A stretch of DNA of 49,718 nucleotides, filler included, from Bipalium vagum (taxonomy: Eukaryota), in NCBI GenBank assembly GCA_037834085.1. It is 3 parts of 3 records of this genome, joined end to end, with 100 filler letters (N's around TTAATTAATTAA, not from the genome) between each part and the next. Parts side by side here need not be neighbours in the genome. Positions count along the whole stretch, not along the records: positions 1 to 15,880 come from JBBMKC010133482.1; positions 15,981 to 33,433 come from JBBMKC010064901.1; 1 more part is not named here. One strand, given 5' to 3'. Below the pieces are notes generated by a model. The model made no database searches, was not told the DNA's origin, and saw nothing but the letters and a program-made list of their open reading frames with translations. The position numbers and the translations under genes were made by a program. Positions 10,901 to 21,963 of the stretch are shown here, piece by piece (within the stretch, counting starts at the first letter, position 1; each line of letters begins with the position of its first letter).

Positions 10901-13417
10901 CAAAAATTATTAAAAATAAAAGATAACTTCTTTCCAGAGGTCATTCGGATAAATAATATCAAATGATATCGTTTTTGGGCCAAGGAATAAGTAATTTCGT
11001 ATTTTGGTAATACATTCAAATTAAAATAGAAAAAAAATTTTGTGATGTCGATTAATAGTATATTCTCACCAGTTTGAACAACTAGGGGCCGCCTCTTCGA
11101 TAAAATTTGGATTTCTTGGAGTTGAAAAAGCCGAAATGACTTGTCTGGAGGTTTTTTCATTTTGAATCTTCTGCCCAATCAAATAATTTTGAAGATATAG
11201 AAATACATAATAATCCAATGGAGTGATGTCAGGAGAATATGGTGGATGTGGATCTCCCACCAAAAGTACAATAGATATCCTACTAAATCGATAATTAAAA
11301 ATTGATAAGTTTTGAATAAAATATAATATAATCTGTTGCAAATTTTCATTGGCCTGAATTTGTAAAAAATATTAGTATACAACATCCCATCTATATCGGA
11401 TTGAAGGAAATAAACGGACCACATTGAAAATAATAGACTCTTTTTTTCGATGAAATAAAAATAAAAATATGAACCTCAGATCAATTTTTAAAACTAATTT
11501 CAATTTTTTGATCTCACAGTATTAAATCAATACACGGAATGTTAGCAATAGATCGAAATGGGGACAATTGGTCCATGAAACATTATACAATCGTTATTAG
11601 TCAAGTCTATAAGCTTTAAATCACTCTCCCCTCTGCGGATTCCTTGTCAGAGTAGGATATAATTTATCCCTCTGTCTACAAAAATAAATAAATTTAATTG
11701 ATGCTAATCGTTACCTTTGCCATTAATTACAGTTTTATGAATTTTGAAAGTTATATTATATTTTAGGAAGTCTAGAAAAATTGTTGTGATTTTTCTAATA
11801 GGCATTCAGAAAATAATTTTTTAAAAAAATTTCTGTTCACAAAGAAAATTTTTAACAGAATTTTTTTATTCTAAATTGAGCTCATAAAACAAGGAGGGCG
11901 AGAAATGCAATTTTCCAATCAATAAATAACTGTATTCATAAAATGGATGAATCAAAAATTTAAATATTACACCAATTGGTTAAAAATGCGCGTTTTAATG
12001 AATCATTAATCATTTATTATTGCATAAACCACCAAAAAATCGGACATTTTAAATTTTGTTCGTGTATATTTGTCTCATAATATTTTATTGATATTGTCTA
12101 TCATTTCATTCATTTTTATTAGTTGGAAAATATACTTAGACATATGAATGGCCAAACATATAAAATTCGTATTTGTATGTAGCATGATTTCGAACATAAA
12201 AAGACTGTCGTAGAATGAAACCGAACAATGTGCAAAGTGATTGTTGATAATGTTATTGATTTCAAAGATTTAAATATGGAAATGTAGATCTAAAATATGA
12301 TTAGCATTGACTATATCCTGAAACGGTAAATGATGATCACTTAAAAGAAGTCATTAAGACAAATCCTCAACAAACTACACAAGAACAAATGTGGCAAATA
12401 TATTATTAGCTTACATACACCTATCGATTGTATAACATTAAATAAATGAAGATTAATTGATCTATTCAAGTTACAATAAAGTTGTGTTTTGATTTTCTTA
12501 ATATTTAGTAAATATATTTTGTACTATTAAATTGAATGTCTTAGAAAACCCGCGTTACAAACTTAAAAAAAAGAATATTTAACAAATAAAAGAAGTTCAA
12601 TATAATTTCAAATTTTCTCAATTACCTCTTACAGGTTCTTTTTCAGTTGATCTAACTTCATAGACACGTTTGATCTTGTCATTTTACTTTTCCATTAACT
12701 TTTCAACATAGTCTAAAAGTCAAATAATATTCGGAAATTGCTTTTTTCACCTGTCAAATTCTATATTTCTGAGTATATCCAATAAGTTTATATCTGGTGT
12801 GTAAAGGGTTTGCATTATAAGTTTAATTCAACATGAATTCTTGCGTCCTTGAAGTCACATGATAATTATCAAGCACTAGTGCAAACATCTAGCTGGTTTG
12901 ATATTTAAAATCGTCTCCACGAATATAACATAGAATTCAGCATTAGTGGACTGATTACGCTCTAAAACTTGAAGGCAAAAATTATATGAAAATTTGTTCC
13001 GATATCGTTCTACTAACCTTTGTTGGATGCTCATGATCCAGCACCACCAGATATGCATCATTTTGTCGAAATGGTACGAGTTCACTATGGACTTATTTTT
13101 CGTCAACGACCACAGTATATCCTACAGGTTTGGAAAAATCAGATAAAACAAAACACATATTGCTATTATTTATTGATTTTTTCTATTAAATATTTAATTT
13201 ATACATAAATTTGTGTGAAATAACCTGTCCCATTAATTTCAGGTATGTTAACTATTTTATGAGTAAAGCTAGCCCGACGGATGCCCTTCTCACCCTTTGG
13301 GAGTCTCGATACCGAGATGAAAATGCTTTATCAGACCTTGTCATGAGTTTGAAAGCTATAGGCCGCCTGGATTGTTCAAGTCTCATTGAATCTGACTGTA
13401 TGTTTTCTCCATCGTGA
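1887..13417 (+). CDS. unc-5: UNC5 netrin receptor, 5'-partial spliced gene (signal peptide and Ig1 exons not found in the window)
   Basis: Exons 1887-1990, 2041-2215, 2249-2404, 4545-4703, 4788-4822, 4864-5132, 6829-7037, 7083-7184, 7226-7416, 7462-7854, 7906-8171, 9601-9702, 13243-13417. All are GT-AG and phase-compatible. The joined product has the UNC5 domain order Ig-TSP1-TM-ZU5-UPA-Death, with recognisable motifs (CIPPDSKP..IQW, DIAMYVGL, GGRLCLP.SGITL, KRLRLAAF, YQEISFQDIWNG...LHCAFSFE, RGNDW, YFMSKASPT..LL.LWE). Confidence 0.95.
2041..2215 (+). CDS. unc-5: unc-5 exon: Ig2 C-terminal half
   Basis: ccatag acceptor and gtgag donor; IQWMKD...DEGNYSCLA (Ig W and DxGxYxC motifs). Confidence 0.93.
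2249..2404 (+). CDS. unc-5: unc-5 exon: thrombospondin type-1 repeat
   Basis: taag acceptor after a 33-nt intron and gtaaga donor; EEWSAWSSCYSNCSKSRSRIC (WSxWSxC, RxRxC). Confidence 0.88.
4545..4703 (+). CDS. unc-5: unc-5 exon: transmembrane segment
   Basis: cacag acceptor and gtaatt donor; DIAMYVGLFLAVAILVMVITIVFCLIRRR (hydrophobic helix followed by a basic stop-transfer). Confidence 0.92.
4788..4822 (+). CDS. unc-5: unc-5 candidate 35-nt juxtamembrane mini-exon
   Basis: ttctag acceptor and gttaaa donor; (D)TSMNHNGKGNT; phase 1 in, phase 0 out, matching the acceptor at 4863. It can also be skipped in frame using the acceptor at 4879. Confidence 0.5.
4864..5132 (+). CDS. unc-5: unc-5 exon: Ser/Pro-rich juxtamembrane linker (start 4864 or 4880)
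   Basis: Open frame of ORF 4891..5136, ending TC|gtaagc (phase 2), which matches the next exon. Confidence 0.82.
5535..5790 (+). mobile_element. mariner remnant, N-terminal HTH, in an unc-5 intron
   Basis: RHASTEAIENINFALGNGKVNEDSIRRWYMKFAEGN matches the mariner HTH (A..NIN.A.G.G.V....VRRWF.KF..G). Confidence 0.8.
5900..6440 (-). mobile_element. Decayed mariner remnant in an unc-5 intron
   Basis: Broken frames with an LVPR (WVPH-like) linker and an MIDEE first catalytic-Asp region. Boundaries approximate. Confidence 0.45.
6829..7037 (+). CDS. unc-5: unc-5 exon: linker and ZU5 start
   Basis: cttag acceptor (phase 2); ...TRGIISVSGGRLCLPQSG|gtacca. Confidence 0.9.
7083..7184 (+). CDS. unc-5: unc-5 exon: ZU5 middle
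   Basis: ctag acceptor; GITLTVAPESF...EMLLAVCRNEPNPPILL; gtctct donor. Confidence 0.87.
7226..7416 (+). CDS. unc-5: unc-5 exon: ZU5 C-terminal part
   Basis: tttcag acceptor; TETFLTPVVLFGPKTVSLLKPCVLSVPHSA...PTWK; gtaaca donor. Confidence 0.92.
7462..7854 (+). CDS. unc-5: unc-5 exon: UPA domain N-terminal part
   Basis: ttttag acceptor; CLTTIGHENETT...LVGQS...ATKRLRLAAF...YNIRIY...GWKSQLAPKYQ; gtaaag donor. Confidence 0.93.
7906..8171 (+). CDS. unc-5: unc-5 exon: UPA domain C-terminal part
   Basis: ttaag acceptor; EISFQDIWNGSQSESLHCAFSFENIDPSQQFLMCRITVYQ...DPMMTVFR; gtaaga donor. The ORF track shows only its antisense shadow. Confidence 0.92.
9601..9702 (+). CDS. unc-5: unc-5 exon: death domain N-terminal half
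   Basis: ttttcag acceptor; MPNTTRKRLCFLLDNVTRRGNDWKQLCRQMSLNG; gtacga donor. Not in the ORF track. Confidence 0.92.
11040..11270 (-). mobile_element. mariner transposase C-terminal remnant
   Basis: PHPPYSPDITPLDYYVFLYLQNYLIGQK, the YSPDL motif with the third catalytic Asp. Confidence 0.9.
12144..12400 (+). mobile_element. mariner N-terminal remnant
   Basis: VNDDHLKEVIKTNPQQTTQE, the second HTH of mariner transposases. Confidence 0.7.
12600..13120 (-). mobile_element. mariner catalytic-domain remnant
   Basis: TVVVDEK*VH (IVTGDEKW-like), KMMHIWW (KVMLCVWW-like), STNAEFY, VLDN; multiple stops and frameshifts. Confidence 0.7.
13243..13417 (+). CDS. unc-5: unc-5 terminal exon: death domain C-terminal half and stop
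   Basis: tttcag acceptor (phase 2); YVNYFMSKASPTDALLTLWESRYRDENALSDLVMSLKAIGRLD...SPS*. Confidence 0.94.
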
Positions 13418-15880
13418 TCAGGAAGCATATGAACTAGAAAAGTGCATTTTTGTAAAGACCTTTCCGGATTCTCTCTCAATGAATCTCTTCCAACAATCTG
13501 ATCTTCTTTGATAATTGAAGGAAAGAACAAAAGTCTCCACTTTCATAAAATTAAATAATATTGGTTTGCTTTGAATTTCGAGAGAATTTTCATTTTAAAA
13601 ATTTTTAATGTCACTAAAAGACCAGTATACATTTTTTAGAATTTTTTTAGTATCAACTTTATAATGAAAAAATGAAAGAAAAATTATTGATTAACAATTA
13701 ATTATTAAATTAATTAATTCTGCACAATTTAACCTTTTAATTAAAATAATGTCTTTCCATAGAATCAAAGGATGCTTTTACTTTCGCTCTGCTTTTTGTG
13801 CTCCAGTGAATATACCGATAAGAACTGTGAATAAAGTCTAAAACTTTGCTCAGGTTCTCGTTTAGAGTGTGGAATGTGTAGGCTCGAAAATGTCTGTGTA
13901 ATTAAAAGATTTTCAGATAATTATTTCTTAAATTACTTTTTTATCGTTTCTTTTTTAATCTCTTATCAATTTTTTGATAACTAATGAGTCTCTTTTGAAT
14001 TCTTCAAACAAAATAAAATTTAATTTTCTTATTAAAGTCTCTCTTCAATGAACTTGGTTTCTGTGACTAGCTTAAATGAGTGAAAGTCCGCTTCTCAAAT
14101 GGAATTTTAGAAATTATTTGCACTGAGAAATTACTGGAATACCTTAGGATTTTTTCATTAATTTTTTACATAATGAAGTTGATTGCATTTTGCTTTATCG
14201 TACACAATTGCTAATTACGCTTGTAAAGTTAACAATATTATACAAACTTCAATCTAATCCCTTTCAAAGTCCATCTATAAAACAAAATTAACTCTAAAAT
14301 TTATTTATTCAAATTTCTACTCTTACCTAAAAATCAATAAGTATAACAATTTTAATTATTGAATTTATTGAATTATTATGATTATTTAAAATCTTTATAA
14401 TTCCTTATACTATTAGTTTGTGTAATGAATCAGTCGAAACAACAATAATCTTTATTATTAACGGATTTCCATACCTTTAGATCTTTATTGAACAAGATGT
14501 GCGGAAATAGAACCAGTAAACTTATTAGACCATTCTTTGAATTGACTTTTAACAGTTAAAATTTTAAAATAAATTAATTTCATAATTACAATTTTATTAA
14601 AAATATATTAATATAGTTAACTGGTCTGAATTTTTGATAAAGAAATATCACTTTAACCTCTAATAAACCGTCTTTTGTGAAACAAATATTACGTTCAATT
14701 TTGATCTATTTATTCGAATAATATCGATAATGTGGCCGTAATTAACAATAAAATAACATGAATTAAGATTTTTTTACTGTTAAAACCCCTACAAAAATTT
14801 GAAAATTCGAAATATAATTTTTATTTTTTTAATTCAAATTTTTTACCACCAAAATTTTTTCAGAAATTTCAAATCATTTTTTATAATTTTTAAATCTTGA
14901 GAATTTTCTATCCTCATGCCTATTTCCTGTAATTTTATTTTATAAAAAATCGTTTACAATCAATCAGTAGCATTTTATTGTTCAAAATGTTAAATAAAAG
15001 ATACATACTTTATAATCAATAATATTGCACATAATAATAAATAACATCATTTTTTTAGATTTATAATTTATTATAATTACCAGAGAAAAGCTTATCTAAA
15101 AGAGATTCGGAAATTCCTGAAGTTCCTTGCCAAAAACCTCAAAGAACTTCACTCATTCAGCTCATTTAAAGAAAACTCTTTCTCTTCAAGTAAAAGAAAT
15201 AAAAATGAAGAATAAATAAAGGGCCATTGTTAATAAGTCGGAGTCGAGTATGATCATTAATTTCAACATAGATGAAGAATAATCCACTTTGAACATTTAG
15301 CAGAAAATACAGAGCATTAATTATTAAGCTTAGATAAACAAAAACGAATAATGAGGAAAATCATTACTAAAACGTGCAGGATAATTACAATTCAATGAGT
15401 AAAAAATATAAAAGCATTGAAGTATACAATTTTGAAAGAAAACACTTTCTCTAGACAAAAAAGACAGATTTTTAATTAGAACAAAAAATAATCAGTTTAA
15501 AAATATTATTAATATAAATAATACATTATACATTTAATAGTTTTAAATATTATATTAAAATTAACATCTGAATAATAAAAAGATAATAATAATAATATCA
15601 GATAACCAGAAAGTTGGTGAGGTTTCTTGATATACTGGGTGCGGATTAAAATTTGCCACTGTTAAATATCATTATGTTTTGACGCCAATAATTTTTTTCT
15701 TTGTTAGTCATATATATTTATGATAAGTATTTTTTGTCTAGTACTCATGAGTAAAATAAAAATTAGTTTTTATTTATAGAGTAAAATAATATGGAGCATA
15801 AATAAAGGATTTTTGATCTTTTGAACGCCGAAAAAGACCAAATGAAACTCTAAAAATAGTAATTTTTGTAGATAAGTAGA

Positions 15881-15980
15881 NNNNNNNNNNNNNNNNNNNN
15901 NNNNNNNNNNNNNNNNNNNNNNNNTTAATTAATTAANNNNNNNNNNNNNNNNNNNNNNNNNNNNNNNNNNNNNNNNNNNN
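15881..15980. other. Artificial contig-joining spacer (44 N + TTAATTAATTAA + 44 N)
   Basis: Exactly 100 nt and symmetric; the 12-mer gives stops in all six frames; identical construct at 33434-33533. Confidence 0.95.
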
Positions 15981-16499
15981 TGTTTATTCTTGTAAAAAAT
16001 AAACTTTTTTACAGTCTTAAAAAACGTCATTTTCAACTTGTACACCTAATATTATTATAAGGCCTTTTGATCAATAGAAATTGGTTTGTTTTTATTAACA
16101 TCACTAATTAATTTACAGATACGATGGTGCGGTACAGCCTTTTGGGTAATACTTTTTTGTTTTTGTCCTTTGTGGCTTCAATATTTTTGACTATTATCAT
16201 TAATATATATTATAACAAATGCATCTTACCCTGATTGACTTAATCTTAAAACTAAATTTAAGTTTAATTTATAATTGTAATAACATATTAACCCCCTTTC
16301 AGCTTATAAATAACTCCGGCGATGCATTATATAATTTAAAATATAAGTTTGTTGTACGTCATTATTTTATTTTATTGATAAATCACGTAGTGACAGTTAA
16401 TGTGATTAATTTATTTGAAAAAATTGCGCTCCAAAATTATTGATCCGATCATTAATTTACCATAATTGGAAAAGCCTTCCTCTACTATCCTAACACCTA

Positions 16500-17720
16500 G
16501 AAGGATCATTTATCCATTGTCTCCCATCCCATTATATGCAATCCTTTCATCGGACCTTAACCGTTGCTTCATAACAACCATTTTCTATTCACCATATTTA
16601 TTTCTCAACATAACTATCAATAAATGATAATAAACTTCAAAATCCCTTGTCCATTGATTTTAATCGGATTTTGTTATATAGGTATAAGATTTACCACACG
16701 TTAAAAAGATTTGTTATTACAACATCCATGATAAGGCGCAATGCAATATATCAACAAAGATATAAAACGTTGATGCATACATCGATGACATCCTGGTTCT
16801 GCTATCAACATTAAGACAAGCTACCAAGTCGTTATGCCCAGGAAGTAGACATTGAATGACATGAGGCTAGCTATGATCAAAGTTATATCTGCACCACGAA
16901 TTGTTTATCTTTTCCGAGAATAATATCATCATATTTATACATACATATTTACACATTTTACGTGTTTGTTGCTTAATAAGGAGAGTAATTTTCATTTCAT
17001 TTCATGGTTATGAGGTAGACTTAGCTTATAATGTCGAACAATGTTTACGAAGAGTGTAGAGAAAATTTTGGTTTTGGATGCTGAATGGTTTAGGTTTTAA
17101 AGTTGACAATGAACGATGTGTGCTGTTATAGAAATGGTACCTTTCTAAAAGTGAACACTTTCTATGATCTATCTGTCCTTATAAAGCTGCTTCATCTTTA
17201 ACAGTTACAGCACATTAATATTGAATGTAATTTTGTTTTAATGATTTGACCGTAGATTACACTTCCAATTATTCTAGGCTTCCAATTGTCTATGAATTTA
17301 ATGTCATTGTAAAATATTTAATGTATAATAATAATAATAATAATATCTTAATAAATTTGAAACTCTTACTTATTAAATTAGGTTATGGTTCTAACTATTA
17401 AGGTCTAAGGAAATATTCGTACCTCCATATTATATTTTATAATACAATAATATTATTATAATCAATATTGACAATTATCATATTCACTTTTATTTAAATC
17501 ACTGATATTGTTCACTCAGGAAAACCTTTATTTTTCTTTTTAAGTTATTTTCAAAACACATACTTTTGTATCAGATCTTCAGCTTTAGAATTTCTAGTAC
17601 AATTCATCAATTTGATAACAACACTCACCTGTCCATACAGTTTCACCAATTATCGAAAAGGGTAATGAATTAAATTCGTTACAGATCACCAAACACCTGT
17701 CATAATATTCAGTTAATACA
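16500..17720 (+). mobile_element. Fragmented LTR-retrotransposon (Ty3/gypsy-like) pol remnant
   Basis: VDAYIDDILVL (RT YxDD motif) near 16769-16801 and KFVTDHQTP (RNase H-like TDH) near 17670-17700, on the same strand in the expected order. No ORF or LTR seen. Confidence 0.5.
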
Positions 17721-19439
17721 AATTTTCTCATAATCATTCACTACTTTCCTTGCAACTACCTTCTTTATGCTGAGACTTTCGTCTTCAATTCAAAACTTAT
17801 GAAATTAAATCAAAAGACAAAGTTCAAAAGTTTCCATAAGTCCTGGTCCACCTTTAACTCAAAACAACTTATATGCTTTTTATCTTTTGTTTAGATATCC
17901 AGAAGTAGCTTAAGGAAAGTAACAAGGTAATATTATATATTTATTTATTCATCATTATTTTATTTATTTATTTATGTATTATTATTATTATCATTAAGAT
18001 CTTAAAATTCGTAAATAACCTTTAAATATATTTTAAAAATGTCTTATTATTATTTCTCTTTATGAATTTAAAATGAAGCATGATTTTAAAAAGATTTCGG
18101 AAAAATTACTATCTGATTTTATTTAAATTATGACCAATGAAAATGAATATTATTCAAGAAATTCATAACTTAATATATAACGTAAAACAGGTTTTAATTT
18201 CGAGAAATCTTTCAACACGGATCAAATAAAGTTTAATCTTCACTCCTATGATTTCTGTGATCTGTCTACTTTTACCTAATAAGTGAAGGAAATGGCCGAA
18301 TCAGTTAATTAATTTAATTAAGAAATCTAATCGCTGACTTATGTCAAAATTAACAAATCCGGTAATCGTGAACGAGGGCCTGATTCCCGCTCCACCAGAT
18401 ACCATAATAGAGGTTACGGAAGAATGGCGGATTCGAAGGATGCAGTGGAACCAAATACACACATGCACACACACGGGGCTCCACAGTTGTAGAGAAGAGA
18501 TTATTTGTCAAGGTAATCTGTTTTTTAATTCTTCTGCTAACCTTGTGTGAATTAAAGAAGAGTTCTTATTTTCTTTAAAGTCAGAGAATTTAATCGGTAC
18601 TGTGAAAATAATTGTAAAAAAGATAATTATTTAATTCAACTTATTTTTACATTTGCGAAATTATCAAAGATTAATTCGTTAAATAATACAGTGACTGGAT
18701 GAAGACAATATGTGTGAAATCACTCTTCTATCACCATTCGATAATCAGGGGAATGTCAGATTAAGTATTCAATCTAAGACAAATAACCAATGTCATTCTA
18801 TAATTTTCAAAATCAATAGTTCTCAGTGTACAATAACTCTGATTTTTGAACCAAATCTACTTACTGAAATTCCGTACCCTTACAGAAGAGTGGATTTCTT
18901 TTAAAAAATTTCGTTTTGTAAAATCGTTTTTGATCAATGTTATCATTTTCATAAATTTTATAATGTCAAGACCTTTTTTGCTTAAGAGATTCTTTCCTAT
19001 AGCTTGACAAACGAACAGTGGGTTATCTGATTTCTTGTTTTAAAATATTTTTTTATTTTAAATTAAAAATATAAATTTTTTTATATCACTTTTGAGTTAC
19101 GTTCTTATTACGTATTTATTTTTCTAATTTATTTTATAACTTATATTTCAAATTATTAATAATAAATAATAAAGTCACAATACAATTTCAATACAACGAT
19201 CGTCATACAATATGCCAAAATTCAAATTGTTTAGTACAAAATTACTGATTTTGGTGTCAGAGTGGTGATGGAAATGTATACAATAATATATTGAATAGTT
19301 TACTTGATTTTTTATGATGATGACGATAATAAGTTATAATAATAATTATTATTATAAAAATAATTTTTAAAAAAAGAAAATAATAATAATAATAATAATA
19401 ATAAATGGGTGAAGGAATAATATTTTTATTTTGATAATT

Positions 19440-19880
19440 TGTTTAAATTAACAGAAAAATTTTTAAAATGTCAATCAATAATATATTCTCTTTTGAAATT
19501 GACAACTTGTGACCATCTCTGTGATAGTGCTTCAAGGCCTTGGCTTTTTCATTTTGAAACTCCTCATTCAAATAATTTTGAAGAGATCGAAATAAATAAT
19601 AATCTGATTGAGCGATGTTTGGAGATTATGATGGATATGGTAAGGCTCCCCATTCAAATATGTGTATCTTTTCCTGAGTCAATCTAGCAGTATTTGATTT
19701 ATTGTTGTATTGCAGGATCATATCTTTTTTGTTTCTTAAAATAAACCTGTTTTTGACTCAGTTTCTCTAATTGTTGAGAAAAGAGTTTGGCATTTATAGT
19801 GCTGTTTTTTTCCAACAATTTCCAATACAAAATGACATGGATATTCCAAAAAATAGAAAATAACATCCTTTTAGGGTGTA
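19440..19880 (-). mobile_element. mariner C-terminal half remnant
   Basis: PKRMLFSIFWNIHVILYWKLLEKNSTINAKLFSQQLEKL and LPYPS*SPNIAQSDYYLFRSLQNYL. Confidence 0.88.
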
Positions 19881-20019
19881 CAGTATTGATTTTAAGTTTA
19901 AGACACCATATATAAATAAAGAAAATAACATATATTTTTATGGATAATTATGCATGTTAGTACTTTGTGATATAACCATGGTGTCAAACAACTTACTGAA
20001 GACATTTACCTATTGAAGA

Positions 20020-20921
20020 AACCATACGCTCACAATGTTTACTTGATATTGATAAACAAGCTTCATGAATACTCTCAATGAGTTCTTCAACATTGCGAAC
20101 TGTTTTCCTTGTCACATTCTGCTTCATTATACTCCATATATTTTCAATACAGTTCAAATCTGGACTTTGAGCCGGCTATGGAACAATACAATCGTCCATA
20201 TTATGATCATGTAACCATTGCTGAACTTATTTTGATTTATGAAAAGGGATATTATCCATAACAATTTTGAAATCGGGGATTTGAAATAATTCAATAGATG
20301 GTATTAAGGAGTTCTCTAATGACATATTAAAGTCATCATCCTTGACATTATCACTGAATACAGCACTGCTAAAAGTCATTATGCCAAAAACCATGACAGA
20401 TTTTCCTCCACTTATAGCCTTAATAGCGACACAATCTGGATTCCATATCTCTGACGACAACCTACGAACAACAAAGTGACGATTTTGAGGAGCATTCATC
20501 GGTCCAGATAATTCAATTCCAATCTTCTGCTTGCCAACTTAATCTATTGGAACACCATTGGATTCTAGCTCGTCTATTACCAACACGTAACATAAAAACT
20601 TTATAACTAGTCCTAGCTCTAAGTCCGTAGTTAACCAAAATTTTGCGGACATGTGATTCTGATATATTAATACTGGACGCTTTTCTCAATTCTGCCGATG
20701 TTGCACGACGATTCTATCTGCATAAACAATATAAGTATCGTTCATTTCGGAAAGTAAATAGTTTTGGACGCCCAGACCTAGGACGATGTTTGACCATTCC
20801 TGTTTCTTCAAATCGATGAATTGTTTGCATAACACATGTCCTGGATACTTATAAAACTTGTAATATATCGTTATGCATGAGTACTTGAGTAATCAATCTT
20901 CTCCATCTATAATGGTTCTCA
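20020..20921 (-). mobile_element. Tc1-like transposase pseudogene, near full length but internally disrupted
   Basis: RFEETGMVKHRPRSGRPK (GRPR linker), GGKSVMVFG, VMDNIPFHKSK, AQSPDLNCIENIW (DD34E-type). Confidence 0.9.
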
Positions 20922-20934
20922 TAAATGATGATAC

Positions 20935-21210
20935 AGTATTTGCGAATTGTAGCTGATGCGAGTATGGTGGCAGAAATCTGTAAGAAATACCTTGTTCTGT
21001 CAGCAACTTAATAACATCTTTGCGATTATGGAACCTGCAATTGTCCATCGCCATTACCTTCCCAGGCTTTCGACTGAAATGATTGCATAGCTTGTCATTA
21101 ATAAAGTCCGTTGAAAGATTCGTCTTTGATTTCGAAGCATAAAATGCCTGTAAATTTGATTTAATAAAAGACAGGTGATAAAACAATGAAACGTGGCATT
21201 TTAATAGCAA
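20935..21210 (-). mobile_element. IS630/Tc1-type DDE transposase fragment distinct from the adjacent Tc1 copy
   Basis: VMAMDNCRFHNRKDVIKLLTEQGISYRFLPPYSHQL, truncated just before the expected NPIE. Confidence 0.85.
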
Positions 21211-21937
21211 CCGTGCAGCTGATATTTTTGGCTGACTAAAATGTGATCAAATTTAAATTTAAAAAATCGAATTTTTTTCTATATTTCTAAATGATTTTCT
21301 ATATATTTGGAATAGAATTATATTTTTTGAATATTTTTCTATATATTTCTGCACAAACCTGTAAATATAAAATTACTTTATACATTAATTTTTGTTTTAA
21401 ATTAATTACTGTTCAAAGTTTGCACTACTTCTTTTGAGGCAGTATAACTGAAAATTTACATTATCTTGATTTTAATTTTCTAATCAAAAGAAACTTTGCT
21501 TTTCAAATACTCGCGTTCTAACAAATCAAAGATAATTTGTTTAAACATGTATCTTTATTAAACATTTTGAACGTTTAATTAATGATAATTCTTCAGCTTA
21601 ACGGCGAAAAACTGACATCAGTTTCCTGAGCGGTGTAAACTAAATAAGACTAAGTTATTTGAATAAATGCTACACTTAATGTAAGAATATATTAGGTAAG
21701 TCAGTAAGTAGTACATATCGAAGTGTGTACTTGTGATCAAGGCTGAAAATAAAGACGGAAAATGTCGAACTGGTCTTGTGTCGTTCACGTCACATCAATT
21801 CAAAAATGATGTTTAGTAAAGAAAATGTATCAGAATGTGGTTGAAACTTTAATATTTTACGTCGCTTAATTCAAGGATTACCAATTTAATTAATAAGAAA
21901 CTTAACTAACTTTTGATTGGTCACTTTTATATGTAGT

Positions 21938-21963
21938 GTTCGACGGTGTAGTGGTTATCACGT
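21938..21963 (+). pseudogene. tRNA-like 5' fragment (A-box/D-arm, tRNA-Val-like)
   Basis: GTTCGACGGTGTAGTGGTTATCACGT resembles the 5' third of eukaryotic tRNA-Val; no anticodon arm or T-arm follows. Confidence 0.3.

Noticed and set aside
15925-15936. TTAATTAATTAA as a biological palindrome or piggyBac target site (also at 33478-33489)
   Set aside because: It is centred in exactly 44+44 N at both sites, so it is a pipeline linker.
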